A DNA stretch of 64,000 nucleotides from Saprospiraceae bacterium (GCA_016711125.1 JADJTQ010000010.1:20298-84297); one strand, 5' to 3'; counted from the first letter of the stretch, positions 32,735 through 45,326 are shown. The notes: generated by a model from the sequence alone, not told the origin. Program-made: numbers and translations.

Positions 32735-34170
32735 ATGAACCTTAAAAAAAACATCATCCCTATTATCATCATCATGTGGCTTATACCTTACTTATCACAA
32801 GCAAACGATGATTTCTTTATAGAGGGGTACCCAGATAAACTTAGCTACCTGTCAGGGCAGATGGTCAATTTTCACATCTCCACTTCTGAAGAGCGATGCA
32901 GCATTCAGATCTATCGTCTTGGGCAGGAAGAAAAAATGGTGTGGTCTTCTGACAGCATCGTAGCTGGTCTTTATCCGGTGCCGGAAAATGCCTCTTCACA
33001 CGGGTGCAACTGGCCGGTCGCCATGAATATCCAGATTCCTCATGACTGGGAAACAGGCTATTACGAGGTCCGAATGAAAGTTACCGATAGAGGTGGGAAG
33101 TTCGTGCAACGCAATAAACGCACAGCTGAAAGTACTATGTTTTTTGTGGTTCGTAATGACTCACCAGGTGAGCAAACCAAAATCCTGTTGCAATTGGCTA
33201 CCAATACATACAATGCCTATAATAATTGGGGTGGCTCCAGCCTGTATGGCTTCCATGGCCGAGCCAGTCTGCAAGGTCATCGGGTCTCTTTTGAAAGACC
33301 TGGCAATACCCTTTTTTTCACCGCTGGGAGTATGATTTTGTAAAATGGGCAGAATCTCAAAATATTGAGATCGACTATGCAGTCAATTCCGATCTGGAAT
33401 TTCATCCGGAGATTCTCCAGCATTACAATCTGGTTTTAAGCGTTGGTCACGATGAATATTGGTCAGCACCGATGCGTGATCATCTGGAAGCATTTATCGG
33501 CAAAGGTGGCAATGTTGCTTTTTTTAGTGGCAATAGCGTCTGCTGGCAAGTGCGCTCAGAAGATGGTGGTCGTGCTTTGACTTCCTGGAAACAATGGTAC
33601 AATATGGACCCAGTTTTTAAAACAGGTGGGTATGATACCTTATCAACCTTGTGGAGTCATCATCTGGTAAATCGCCCGGAAAACCAACTCACCGGTGTCG
33701 GTTTCTTATTTGGCGGATACCATAAAAGTCATGGTCAGTTTATGGATGGATCCGGTGCCTATACCGTGCATCGACCAGACCATTGGATCTTCAAGGACAC
33801 TGAACTTTTAAGAGATCAGGAGTTCGGTGGCAAAAATACGATCGTAGGTTATGAGTGTGACGGTTGCGAGATGACGATGGTTAATGGCCTACCCGAGCCT
33901 ACTCATCGTGATGGCACTCCAGAGAATTTCATCATTCTGGCCACGGCTCCGGCGCGATGGCATCCGGACGACTCAGAATGGTACGATGAATGGGAAAAGG
34001 ATCGCATTGGTGCCGCAGTGATAGGCGTGTATACCAGGGGCGGGACTGTTGTGACCGTAGGCAGCACCGATTGGGCGCATGGATTGCGGGGCGATGATCC
34101 GGTTGTGGAAAAGATTACCCGCAATGTGATTGATAAATTATCCAGGGGTCGCGACCCTTGCAATAAGTAG
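32735..34170 (+). CDS. Secreted protein of the N,N-dimethylformamidase beta-subunit-like family. The frame is broken as sequenced.
   Basis: TNTYNAYNNWGGSSLY, GHDEYWSAPMRD and GGNVAFFSGNSVCWQVR motifs. ORFs 32735..33343 and 33472..34170 join via FFHRWEYDFVKWAESQNIEIDY if the T7 run at 33312-33318 gains one base. Confidence 0.6.
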
Positions 34171-34191
34171 GTCATGTTCCCTTGGATCGAA

Positions 34192-35601
34192 TTACATCCC
34201 CGCTTTTCTCAAGCCCTCAGTAGTTACGAAATACTTGGCAAGCATATTAGGCACCTCCCATTCGGGTAAGTTACCACCTGACAAATAGCCTAAATACTTA
34301 CGAGTCACCTGGGCAAAGTGTGCTTCGTGTCCATCTTTATATTGATCGGGAATTTGAATAATCCAACCTTTCGAGCTTTCAGTAAAGCTTAGCCCAGAAT
34401 ATTGCTTATTTAATTCAGCGACGGATTTTTCAAATGCCGGCAATAATGCAGCCTTATCCCCCAGAGGCTCGACATATAAAGTTGGTTTATATTGTTCTTC
34501 AGCTCCTTGCCTGATGATCAAATTGGCCAACGTACCTCTCATAATACTATAATGCGTGTCTCCGGCTCCCGCAGGCGCTTCAAAGTTCCAAATAACCGAT
34601 ACTTTGGCATAAGTATCCTTTACTTTGAAAATAATTTCTCCATTGGCATAGACCTCCAAAACGCTATCATTTTTGATATATTTTGCAAATAATCCGGATA
34701 ATTCGCCATTTGAGTCACTTTTAGAAATTGCGCCGGATTTAATTCCGTAGACCAACGTCTTGCCCTTTCCACCTGAATATCAGTCTTATAATCCAACGTT
34801 TGCTCCGGGTAACATTCCCAAAAAACCAAGTCAACCAGGTGAGTGGTTACGTCTACAATGCCTTCTCCTTGCTGAGTAACATCAAAAAACCAAGCCGGTC
34901 TCTTGATCGGATTGCCTGAAACCAATTTGGAATAATGGTGTACACTCTCTTTGGTAATCGCCGGATCGTCAGCACTGCCTTGCTGTAAACTGCCAAATAA
35001 ATCAGGAATCAGCGCAAATGCCTTTTGCAATCCTGAGGTGATCTCAAAACGCTCTGTCATGATGTCGTAGAGCAACACATTATTTCTTTTGGCAACTTCA
35101 AACGACTCGACCAGAAGTGGAAAGTCTGCAGCTTTAGTCACCATAGGTTTGTCTGCCAATACATTGATCGAAGCCGAAACCGCCCGATGGATATAATCGG
35201 TTTTCTTGGCATTGTTTCCCGAAACTACCATTACATTGCCCGGTTTCTGGGCCAACATTTTTAAAAAAATCCGCCCCTAAATAGACTTCTTCTTTCCACG
35301 AAGTTGGATTTTCACTCCGGCTGTTATGTGCATTGATTGCAGAAAGGTAATTTTCGACCTCCGGTCCCTGGGGAGCAAAAACATATACGGAATCTGACAT
35401 ATCGTCGTACATATCCTTTTGTACCAGGGCGGCATGAAAATGCCCGGGATCCACATTCATTAGGGTCACTGGCTTCTTTTTCATCATTTCAGGTTTTTCT
35501 GCTTGCTGATTGCCACATGACATGAGAGCAAGCGGTAGAGAGATTACAATAATCTTTCCAATTGATGTGTAGTCTTTAATATTTACAATTATTTCTCTCA
35601 T
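34192..35601 (-). CDS. Gfo/Idh/MocA-like oxidoreductase with the putative oxidoreductase C-terminal domain. It has two frame breaks as sequenced.
   Basis: DPGHFHAALVQK N-terminal motif and a lipoprotein-like signal. Three overlapping ORFs join at about 35258-35269 (T5A7) and about 34754. Confidence 0.6.
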
Positions 35602-38600
35602 GGTAATTCTATTGCTGCCTTAATAATTTCAAAAGTTAAGTTAGAAAATAATTCAGGATTCTGAGTTTCGATGGTGCGCATTTGACCTTGGTCATCATTT
35701 TGGTAGGCCTCCAGGTAATGGGTAATTGTGCTTCTCTGCCCCAATCCATTACTATGAGGGATTGCGATACTACGACCATTAGACTTCTCAAGCTTTATAT
35801 TAATTAAATCGGTCAGATTTCCTCCCAGATCGTTGCTGTTCTCAGAATCGAGCACGGATTGTTGATGACTTTTGACCAAATCCATTTTATGCAATTTTTG
35901 ATAAGCGTAAGCCAGGAGGAAGTCTGATATACGGTCATCCGGATCATATGGTTTACCTACTCCCAAATTTTCCGACCATTTCTGTGCATTCATTAGCAGA
36001 TCTATCGACTTTTTATATTCTCCCTTTTTAATAAAATCAATACCAGATGCCAGGTTAGCTTCTTCCCATAATTTTCTACCTAACGAAGCCCCTTCATAAG
36101 GTAAGATATGCATTCCTTCCAAAAGATCGACCGCCGCAAGATATAACCCATTACCGATTAAAGACCGGGCATAATGGACCTCAATGACATAATTACCGGG
36201 TAAACGCTCGTAGGCCTCTTCTGCTGCAATAGTCAACTTACTCTGCATTTGGTGACGCTCATAGTAATTGAGTAGCTCATCCCAAGCCCTCCAATTATTC
36301 TTATCGATCAATAAAGCATGTTCCAAATCCGCCAGACCATCCTCCTCCATTTTCTCCTTTAGATCTGCCCGAGCCAAATACAAGGGAGCAAAATGAATTT
36401 TCTCCGCAAACTGGTTAAGGATCTTTAATGCCTCCTTTTGGTGCCCAAGTGCCCAATGATTTAACGCCAGAAAATACCTAAGTTGCCAATTACTATTTTT
36501 TTCGATTGCCCACTCCAGTACCTTTAACGTTTCGGGCCGGTACGGAAAAACCAGGTTGGGTGATAGATCTGCAAGGCGGTCAAGGTATTGAGCAGGTTTT
36601 TCCGGATCTTTTACATACTTCAAATATGACCACCATAAATCAATTAGGAGTGTTGCGGAGCTAGTTCAAGTACGGCAAGAGCATCGTCATTTCTTCCTAA
36701 ATTAAAGTATAGTATGGCAAGCTCCAAATAGGTTTGATAGTTAAGTTCACTGCGATGACTATTTAAAACCGCCTGCTTATCACCTTCCAATTTGCTGATC
36801 AGAAACTGTTCCATTTTAGCAAAGTGGTTTAATGGATCCAGTGCCCGAATTGCTCCAATCTGACTAATCGCTGCCACGGTATTACCAGATGCCCGGGCAG
36901 CAATGGTCAACACAACACGAGCACCCATATGAAATCGATTAAAATCAAGCGAATTACGAGCATAACGCGAGGCATTCTCCCAATCCTGTTTTTGAAGTGA
37001 GATTTCTGCCATCGCACTGTACGCATCTGCCCGGAATTTAAGTGAACGTGCAGCCCATCCAAATGACTCCAGTGCATCGACCTTCATATTTAAAGCCATG
37101 TAACAATTGCCGGCAATAAAATTAGCATCAGGACTATAAATGTCAATCTTTAATGATTTTTTCACAGTGCCCAGGGCCTGGTCATATTGAGCACTTCGGA
37201 TTTGTAAATCGGCCAGTGCATTAAGAGCAGGAAGGTTGTCCTTGTCTAAATTCAAACATTTATTTAGTAAAGTTTCTGCTTCGGTATAATCCTGAATTCC
37301 ATCGCTTCAATGCCCCTCTGGTATAGGGCAAAGACTGATTCCTTATCCGATTCTTCATTCCTTTATTTTCCTGAAAATCGCGATCGAGTTTTAATCGGCT
37401 CTCATGTGATGAATATTGAAGTTGCATCTCATCGACTGCAATCGTATAACTTCCTGTGGCCGTCTGACCGTAATCATCTTGACATCCATGGGTTGCAGAT
37501 CTAATTCAACATTCAATTGGCCGCCCTCAAAAGTCATCATGAGATTTCCCTGAGATTTTTCCAAAGCATTAATACCAATTTCAAGGCTATCTCCCTTTTC
37601 AAAAACATGTAATATTCCTTTCTTAGACACATCCGAGAGCCCGCCAATCTTTTTCACGGGAAACCATATCTCCCGCCAAAGATCAGACCTTCCGGGTTCA
37701 AAATCTGCTTGAGTAATCGGCGTATTGACCCGCCCGGGAGAAAATTGATTTAATAACCGGCCTGCTTGAAATTCAATATATTGTCCATCAGTATCCGTCA
37801 ATAAATCTTCCCAGATGCCACCGGAGCGTGACAATGCCCACAACCATAATTTTTGCCCCGCATTTCATCATAGGGAGACCAATGACCAAATCCAAAATTC
37901 CGGTTGTGATAATATCCCCCAAAAAAATCATTGTATTCACCAACTACATGATAGGATTTGCTCGGACCGAAATTGTTCTCTTTATATCTATTTAGATTTC
38001 GTCCTGCTTCATCTACTGGCCAACTGTGTGCATCGCCGGGATGCCCTACATAGGTGGTACCCGGGCAGAAAAGCTCCAGATCTTCCGATGCGACTGCCGC
38101 ACCCGTCATCCAATTATAGTATGACTGAGTTTGGTGCGTCGGATTGTACCACAAGACTCTTGTTTCAAAATACGCCTTATCCGAAGCAAGATAAATCTCG
38201 ACCCGCCATTGAGTATGCGATGGGAGGTCTATAGTACCTACGGTGCAACTTACACTACCATCCTCATTAGTTTGGGTATTATAATCAACCGGGGTCGCTG
38301 TTGATGGGTGATGGCCGATAATACCGAAATTAAATTCAATACCCCCTGAAGTCCAGGGACCCCTCATTGAAATATTTCTGAACTTCATCACTTCATTTCG
38401 ATAAATAAATTCTTCACCGGTCGATTTTTCGATAGCACCCCATACTTTTCCTCCAACTTCCGGAAGTACATATACTTCGATATAATCATTCTCGAGTTTG
38501 ACTACTTTCCACTCTTTCATCACTGATTCATGTTGATAGCCTTCGTATTTGAAATAGGGATAAATCTTAGGATTTGAAACAAGAATTGGAACGGGATCAG

Positions 38601-38751
38601 GATCATCAAAAGTATATGTTTTAAAGGACTGATTAAACTCGCTGATCGAAGCCTGGCCCTGGCCATAAACTACCATAAGCTGAAATGCCGGCATTTGTGA
38701 AAGCGTAAGCACAAAGGCGATCAAGAGAAAATTTTTATCGAAGAACCTCAT
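35598..38751 (-). CDS. Large secreted protein with an N-terminal beta-rich domain (DUF5107-like) and C-terminal TPR repeats. It has five frame breaks as sequenced.
   Basis: ORFs 37798..38751, 37391..37843, 36644..37255 and 35598..36623 plus a short linker read continuously after 1-nt corrections near 37850-37854, 37390, 37327, 37291 and 36647. TPR-like helices run through the C-terminal half. Confidence 0.65.
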
Positions 38752-38817
38752 AATTTGTCATCCTTTAGTGTGAAGATAACTCAAGATAATGATCTCCTGG
38801 CAAATAGGAGATGTTCT

Positions 38818-40032
38818 ATGGCAGCAGCAATTTCTGACCATCAGCGTCCAAGCAATAGAATTAATTTAGATTTGCCGCCGAAAATACCGAGAATGAGAGC
38901 ATCCAGATGGGCCGTGAACAGTATATTTTTTACCAATGGCGTTCTCTATGCGACGTACGTATCCCGGATTCCGGATATTCAACAACATTTTGATCTTGAT
39001 TACCGTGGAGTAGGTTTTGTACTGCTCACAGGAGCGGTAGGGTCCCTAATAGCAATGCCTTTCACCGGAGGGCTTATTGGGAGGTGGGGCAGCAAATCGG
39101 TTACCCTCACAGCATCTTTCTCCTTTTGCCTGGCCGTTGCATTATTCATGTTGGCTCCATCTGTTGGCATTTTGGCTTTGATTTTTTTTCTCAAAGGCAT
39201 CGTTGCCGGGATTACCGATGTGGCAATGAACGCTCAGGCTGTTTTAGTAGAGCGGACCTACAAAAAACCAATTATGGCTGCTTTTCATGGGGTGTTTAGC
39301 CTAGGTATGTTTGCTGGAGCCGCGGTTGGCACCCTCTTCATTGCTCTAAAAACAGGTATCTTATGGCATATGGTTGTTATGGCCTCGACCGGGTTTTTAT
39401 TAGTTATTATTTTATCGCGGCATTTGATCCGGGAAGACCTGGCAATAGCCCTGGAAACGATTAAAAAATCGAAATTCTTTAACATACCAGATGCTACCTT
39501 GATAGGCATTGGCATTATATCCTTTTGCGGAATGCTGGCTGAAGGAGCTATGGCCGACTGGAGCACTAATTTTATGCGTGAAGTCATGAGTGCCTCACCA
39601 TCACTGGCCCCGGTAGGTCTCACTGCCTTCTCCCTGGCCATGTTGATCGGACGTTTTTTTGGTGACCGGGCGAGAATGTTTTTTGGAGATCAAAAATTAA
39701 TTAATTATTCCAGTCTGTTGGCTATTGCCGGATTAGCTGCAATAATTAGTGGTATCTGGACTGCTCTTACTATTTCCGGTTTCTTTCTTATTGGAATCGG
39801 CTTGTCGGTCATTGTGCCGATTGCATACAGCCAGGCAGGAAACAGTCCTGGCATAGATCCAGGTACTGGCATAAGTATGGTTACCACCATTGGATACTCC
39901 GGATTTATTGTTGGTCCGCCTGCGATCGGCTATCTCGCTGATTGGAAAGGTCTGCAAATGGCCTATGGATTTGTACTGATTCTGTTGATCATCATGTTTT
40001 TCCTAAACCGGCGAGTACCTACCAAAGTCTGA
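38818..40032 (+). CDS. MFS transporter.
   Basis: 12-TM-like hydrophobic profile. The ORF-track start at 38755 is a TTG abutting the divergent gene. The first ATG is at 38818, with an alternative at 38893 (MRASRWAVNS). Confidence 0.8.
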   Translation: MAAAISDHQRPSNRINLDLPPKIPRMRASRWAVNSIFFTNGVLYATYVSRIPDIQQHFDLDYRGVGFVLLTGAVGSLIAMPFTGGLIGRWGSKSVTLTASFSFCLAVALFMLAPSVGILALIFFLKGIVAGITDVAMNAQAVLVERTYKKPIMAAFHGVFSLGMFAGAAVGTLFIALKTGILWHMVVMASTGFLLVIILSRHLIREDLAIALETIKKSKFFNIPDATLIGIGIISFCGMLAEGAMADWSTNFMREVMSASPSLAPVGLTAFSLAMLIGRFFGDRARMFFGDQKLINYSSLLAIAGLAAIISGIWTALTISGFFLIGIGLSVIVPIAYSQAGNSPGIDPGTGISMVTTIGYSGFIVGPPAIGYLADWKGLQMAYGFVLILLIIMFFLNRRVPTKV

Positions 40033-40074
40033 TTTTTATGAATAAAAGCACCAAAACCGTGACCAAGCAACGTC

Positions 40075-40146
40075 GGAATTTGGAATTTGAAATTCCCCTA
40101 AAAGCACCAAGTACCAAATTACAAGCACCAAAGCCGAGACCAAAGA
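40075..40146. repeat. Palindrome ggaatttgaaattcc (40082-40096) followed by a 7-bp-periodic ccaaNNN tract.
   Basis: Read directly between convergent genes. Confidence 0.55.
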
Positions 40147-40160
40147 GTTTTGGAATTATA

Positions 40161-41174
40161 TCAGACCGTGATACTTTCCCGAATAAAAGTACCCCAGGTT
40201 AAATTCATTTTTCCAGCCTGGTGCGCATCAGCACGCTCAATGGCGGTCTGGGCGGCATGTTCAACTACCCATTCAAAATTGTCATCGCCAACAGAAGTTG
40301 CTTCTGCATCAGGTGCAGGATTACAAAAATCGATGGCATAGGGAATTCCGTTTTTTACCGCAAATTCAGCGGTATTAAAATCATAACCAAGAGCTTCATT
40401 GATTTTAAAAACAAATCCCTCCACCTTTTTTAATAAACCTTTGGGATATTCAGGGGTCTCTCTCAGGTACCTTAAGTGATGAGGGTTTCTTGGTTCATAG
40501 GGCATGATGTGCACATATTTTCTGCCAATACAATAGCAACGAAAATAAAAATCAAAATCGATGTTCTCCTGGAGCATCATCACCAGTCGGTCGGTCTCGT
40601 TGTACGCTTTAAATAATTCATCAAAATCATGCACTTTATAGACACTTTTCCATCCGCCACCAGAATGAGGTTTCATGTATAATGGAAAACCACCAAGATA
40701 TTCAACCATTTTTTCCCACTCAAGTGGAAATTTCAAATTGCGAAAAGAATTGCCACTGGTATCATGCGGCATTTCTTTGGAGGGTAATAAGACGGTCTTT
40801 GGGACCGGAACCCTGATTTTTTCAGCAAGGACGTTATTAAAGAACTTTTCGTCGGCACTCCACCAGAAAGGATTATTAATAACAGCAGTATCACACGCAG
40901 CGGCATTTTTCAAATAGGCTCTGTAAAACGGCACGTCTTGGGAGATACGATCTATAAGTACCGCATAGCCACTGCTTTGCGCTTGCATTACTTCTTCTAC
41001 ATGGGCAAGTTCTGCATGGATTCCTTTTATCTTTTTGGAGTTGATCCGGTCAACAAAAGCCTGAGGAAAGGTTTGCTCCTGTCCAAAGAGAATTCCAATT
41101 TTTTCATAATTTTTCCGATTTGGCACTGCAAAAGTAAGCTTTTTCGACGCAATGCTCGTATACCAAAAAAGCAT
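40161..41174 (-). CDS. ATP-grasp fold protein (RimK / glutathione-synthase-like ligase family).
   Basis: FPLYMKPHSGGGWKSVYKV and downstream ATP-grasp-like blocks. The family assignment is approximate. Confidence 0.65.
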   Translation of the reverse strand: MLFWYTSIASKKLTFAVPNRKNYEKIGILFGQEQTFPQAFVDRINSKKIKGIHAELAHVEEVMQAQSSGYAVLIDRISQDVPFYRAYLKNAAACDTAVINNPFWWSADEKFFNNVLAEKIRVPVPKTVLLPSKEMPHDTSGNSFRNLKFPLEWEKMVEYLGGFPLYMKPHSGGGWKSVYKVHDFDELFKAYNETDRLVMMLQENIDFDFYFRCYCIGRKYVHIMPYEPRNPHHLRYLRETPEYPKGLLKKVEGFVFKINEALGYDFNTAEFAVKNGIPYAIDFCNPAPDAEATSVGDDNFEWVVEHAAQTAIERADAHQAGKMNLTWGTFIRESITV

Positions 41175-41271
41175 AGCTCAGCAATCGATTGTTCGGAATT
41201 GAATACCCCCTATTTCATCAAGTTTGATCACATTGCTTCACCAAACAAGAACTTTTTTATACCTTCCATAG

Positions 41272-43181
41272 ATGACTAGTAAAGTAAATCCTCATTCGTT
41301 ATTTACCGAATTCGACATCTCCCTGTTTCAGGGAGGAAAACACTTTCGTCTCTATGAGAAATTTGGTGCCCACATGATGACACATAATGGTGAAGAAGGT
41401 GTTTACTTCGCCGTATTTGCACCTAACGCCGACCGGGTCGAGGTTGTCGGTAGTTTTAATGATTGGAAGGGACAAGGATATAGTCTTTTTGTTCGATGGG
41501 ATACATCTGGAATTTGGGAAGGTTTCATCCCCGGGGTCAAAATGGGCGACCTTTATAAGTATCAAATACACCCTAAGGTAGGCCATCAAATACTCACGAA
41601 GACCGATCCATACGGGTTTTATCAGGAGGAAGCTCCCAAGACGGCCAGCATTGTGTGGTCCCTGGAACACAAATGGAAAGATAAGCAATGGCTAAAAATC
41701 AGGCATCAACACACCAGTCTGGAAGCCCCATACAGCATATATGAAGTGCATAGTACATCATGGAAAATGCATCCTAATGGTGATCTGTATTCGTACGACG
41801 AACTCATCGAACACCTGGTACCCTATGTCAAAGACATGGGTTTTACTCATGTGGAATTTTTACCGATCATGGAGCATCCTTTTGGAGGCTCTTGGGGTTA
41901 TCAGGTCAACGGTTTTTTTGCTCCAACCAGTAGACAAGGTGAGCCGCAAGGATTTATGCGTCTGGTAGATGCGTTTCATGCCGAAGGTATCAGTGTTATC
42001 CTCGATTGGGTGCCCTCACACTTCCCTTCTGATGGTCACGGCCTGGCAACCTTCGATGGTACGTGCGTTTATGAACATCCCGACCCACAAAAAGGATATC
42101 ATCCAGATTGGAAAAGTCACATCTTTAACTATACGAGGGGTGAGGTACGCTCTTTTTTAATATCCAGTGCACTTTTTTGGCTTGAGCAGTTTCATATCGA
42201 CGGGCTGAGGGTAGATGCCGTGGCATCTGTCTTGTATCTGGACTATTCACGAAAAGAAGGTGAATGGAGCCCCAACCAATATGGAGGTAATTATTATCTA
42301 GAGGCCATAGACTTTATCAAGGATTTTAATATGGCTGTATATCAGAATTATCCCGACGTACAAACGATTGCTGAAGAATCGACCGCTTTTCCGATGGTCA
42401 CCCATCCAATTCACTTAGGTGGCTTGGGTTTTGGTATGAAATGGATGATGGGTTGGATGAATGATACACTTGAATATTTCAAGACCGATCCCTTCTTTCG
42501 CCGGTATGAGCAGGGTAAACTGACCTTCAATATGTTTTTTATGCTTATTCAGAGAATTATGTATTGCCACTTTCCCATGATGAGGTAGTACATGGTAAAG
42601 CACCTTTGATTTATAAAATGCCCGGTGACGAATGGCAGAAATTTGCTAATCTTCGGCTATTGTTCGGCTATATGTTTATGCATCCTGGAAATAAATTATT
42701 GTTTATGGGGGATGAATTTGGACAGACGAAAGAATGGAATTATCAGGAAGAACTGCAATGGCATCTTTTACAATATCCATTGCACCAATCTGTGCAAAAT
42801 TTAGTGCGGGATTTAAACCGGCTTTTTACGGGTGAAAAAGCCATCTATGAACAGCAATATCGTCCGCAGGGATTTGAATGGATTGACTTCTCAGATGTGG
42901 TACAATCGGTCATCGTGTTTTTAAGAAAGGGTAAAAAGGAAGAAGACCAAATCTTAGTGATCTGCAATTTCACTCCGGAGACCCGGGAAAAATACGAAAT
43001 CGGAGTTTCGCACAAAGGAGATTGGAAGGTGGTTTTAAACACGGATGATAAAAAATATGGAGGTAGCGGTTTTAACGATGTAAAATCCTGCAAGTCTGCT
43101 AAAAATCCAAGCCATGGAAAAGAACGGTCCATCGTAATTGACCTGCCTCCTCTAGCGATCATTGCTTTGAAGATTGACTAG
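41272..43181 (+). CDS. glgB: 1,4-alpha-glucan branching enzyme GlgB. The frame is broken as sequenced.
   Basis: GSWGYQVNGFFAPTSR, DGLRVDAVASVLYLDYSR, IAEESTAFP, LPLSHDEVVHGK. ORFs 41272..42588 and 42564..43181 join at the T6 run 42535-42540. Confidence 0.93.
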
Positions 43182-43182
43182 T

Positions 43183-43222
43183 TTTTCAGTTTTCAGTCTT
43201 TCAGTTCTCAGTCTTTCAGTCG
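43183..43222. repeat. 7-bp-periodic tract (ttcagtc/ttcagtt type).
   Basis: It follows the glgB stop directly and has the same flavour and orientation as 2761-2870. It generates phantom ORF 43174..43374. Confidence 0.8.
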
Positions 43223-43343
43223 GCGGTGAGCAGGCTAGAAATTATAGATTTAAATTTCTGAATGATTTCAACGAAAAGAAAATTACACATACTTTGCACC
43301 TTAGTGACCTACCTGCAGCAAAACATCTTTCGCCAATGTGGGA

Positions 43344-43371
43344 CAAAAAAAAGCCGGAAGATTCCCCGGCC
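43344..43371 (-). terminator. Rho-independent terminator after the CBM48 gene.
   Basis: The minus strand reads gccgg-ggaatctt-ccggc followed by T8-9. Confidence 0.6.
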
Positions 43372-43422
43372 TGATTTTCTTTTAGAACATTAAAACTATT
43401 GATTACGAAAACCAATAATTTC

Positions 43423-43731
43423 TTAAAGTTCTAGTACACAGTTTTGCTCGGTACCGACTCCTGAAGATATATATTTATCAGCGGCATCGTCGTTCACCCA
43501 CTGACTTCCATTAAGCATATAACGGAAGGCATAAGATTGTCCGGTTTCTAGATCCAATGTCGTAGTAAAAGCTCCGTTTTTGAGCTTGGTCATTTTTGCT
43601 TTCTTCGGGTTCCAATTGTTGAAATCACCTACTAGTGCGGCAGATTTGGCATCTTTTGCCTCTTCTGTTTGCAGTTTGAACGTTACTTTACAAACTGGTT
43701 TCGATTTTAAAAACTTCTTCGTAAGACTCAT
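43423..43731 (-). CDS. Stand-alone glycogen-binding (CBM48 / AMPK1_CBM-like) domain protein.
   Basis: VTFKL...ALVGDFNNWNP...MTKLKNGAFTTTLDL..G..Y.FRY..NG.W.ND pattern. Confidence 0.75.
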   Translation of the reverse strand: MSLTKKFLKSKPVCKVTFKLQTEEAKDAKSAALVGDFNNWNPKKAKMTKLKNGAFTTTLDLETGQSYAFRYMLNGSQWVNDDAADKYISSGVGTEQNCVLEL

Positions 43732-44282
43732 GATTTTTGATATTTTAAGTTACTGTCAAAAATTTTCGATTTGAAGCCGCAAAGGTACAAAATAATTTTT
43801 GGAAAAAGAATGATAAACTTACTCTTTGTTTTGTGACTCCTATCAGCCACAAATCTGTTCTAAAAATTTGATTATCAGTGATTTATATTTAACCATTCCA
43901 CGATTGCTAACCCCTTTTGAGCCGGATCAATTCCGCAAGAGCTGGGTCTTTAAGCTTTGTTCGTGGAGTTTTGCCAGCAAATAGTGGATAGATCTTTCGC
44001 ACTTTTCTGTTTTATTAAGGTAATATAATGCTGAATTTCTCGGCATTAAGTCCCTTAATCAGAATAAAGAATGACCAAGGAGATAACAAAGGCCACAAAG
44101 AAGAACAATCAATAAGTCACACCGATGACTTCATTATCTGGCATTGAAACCCATGGCAAAGCTTTGTAAAAATCCCATAGCAACCCAGTTGCGGTCAATT
44201 GCAGACTGGTCTTTTACAAGGAAAGTTCGGCTAACATTAATACTTAAAAAAGATTTACCTTAAGGATATTAAATCCGTCCAC

Positions 44283-45326
44283 ATGAATCACCGCCGAAAA
44301 TTTCTGAAAATCCTAACTCACTTTGGCATCAGTACTCCTTTTATCTCGAAGGCATTCACTCAATCATCATCCAAACGTCGAACTCCAGTTGCGGAACTCC
44401 CATTAATCATTTGTAGTCGGGGAGAACTATGGGGACAAAAAGTATTACAACCGGCCTGGCAAACACTACAGTCGACCGGTAGCATTCTGGATGCCGTTGA
44501 AACAGGGGCTAATGTCGTAGAACTTGATCCGGACGATACTTCAGTTGGTTATGGAGGCTTGCCCAATGAAGAGGGAATTGTGTCTCTGGATGCATCGATT
44601 ATGTATGGCCCGACCCACAATTGTGGTTCAGTAGCCGGGTTAGAAAAAATCAAAACACCGTGTTCGGTAGCTCGACTGGTGATGGAACGCACCGATCACA
44701 TGATGCTGGCAGGAGAAGGAGCGCTACGTTTTGCCAAGGCTCATGGCTTTAAGGAAGAAGACCTTTTGACCGAAAAAGCCCGACTAATTTGGCTGGAATG
44801 GAAGGAAAACCTCAGCGATAAGGATGACTGGTTTCCTCCTGCAGATGGTCAGTATTTACCGCGCAAACGGACAACCGGTACGATCAATGTTCTCGGTATT
44901 GACGCAGAGGGTAACGTAGCCGGCATTACAACTACCAGCGGACTGTTTGGCAAGATACCGGGACGAATTGGAGATTCTCCCATCATTGGTGCGGGACTAT
45001 TTGTTGACAACCGGGTCGGAGCTGCTGGAGCTACTGGCAGGGGTGAAGAAGTGATTCGTACCTGTGGAAGCTTTTATGTGGTTGAGAAAATGCTGCAAGG
45101 TATGACACCTCAGGAAGCCTGCGAAGCAGCTTGCCAAAGAATTGTCGAAATAAACGGAGGGCTGGACCAAGGTGATTATGATGACAAATTTGTGGCGGTT
45201 AATAATAAAGGTGAAGTCGGCTGTGCCTCGATCCGGGGTTACGAAGGCAGACATCCCTATGTAAGTGTCATTTCGAAGAATGGGTTTCAGGAAATTAAAG
45301 GTACTGCTCTGACATGGCAAGATTAG
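44283..45326 (+). CDS. Glycosylasparaginase (N4-(beta-N-acetylglucosaminyl)-L-asparaginase, Ntn-hydrolase asparaginase-2 family), with a TAT-like signal.
   Basis: MNHRRKFLKIL signal, autoprocessing context TGTINVLGID, GAAGATGRGEE. Confidence 0.85.
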   Translation: MNHRRKFLKILTHFGISTPFISKAFTQSSSKRRTPVAELPLIICSRGELWGQKVLQPAWQTLQSTGSILDAVETGANVVELDPDDTSVGYGGLPNEEGIVSLDASIMYGPTHNCGSVAGLEKIKTPCSVARLVMERTDHMMLAGEGALRFAKAHGFKEEDLLTEKARLIWLEWKENLSDKDDWFPPADGQYLPRKRTTGTINVLGIDAEGNVAGITTTSGLFGKIPGRIGDSPIIGAGLFVDNRVGAAGATGRGEEVIRTCGSFYVVEKMLQGMTPQEACEAACQRIVEINGGLDQGDYDDKFVAVNNKGEVGCASIRGYEGRHPYVSVISKNGFQEIKGTALTWQD

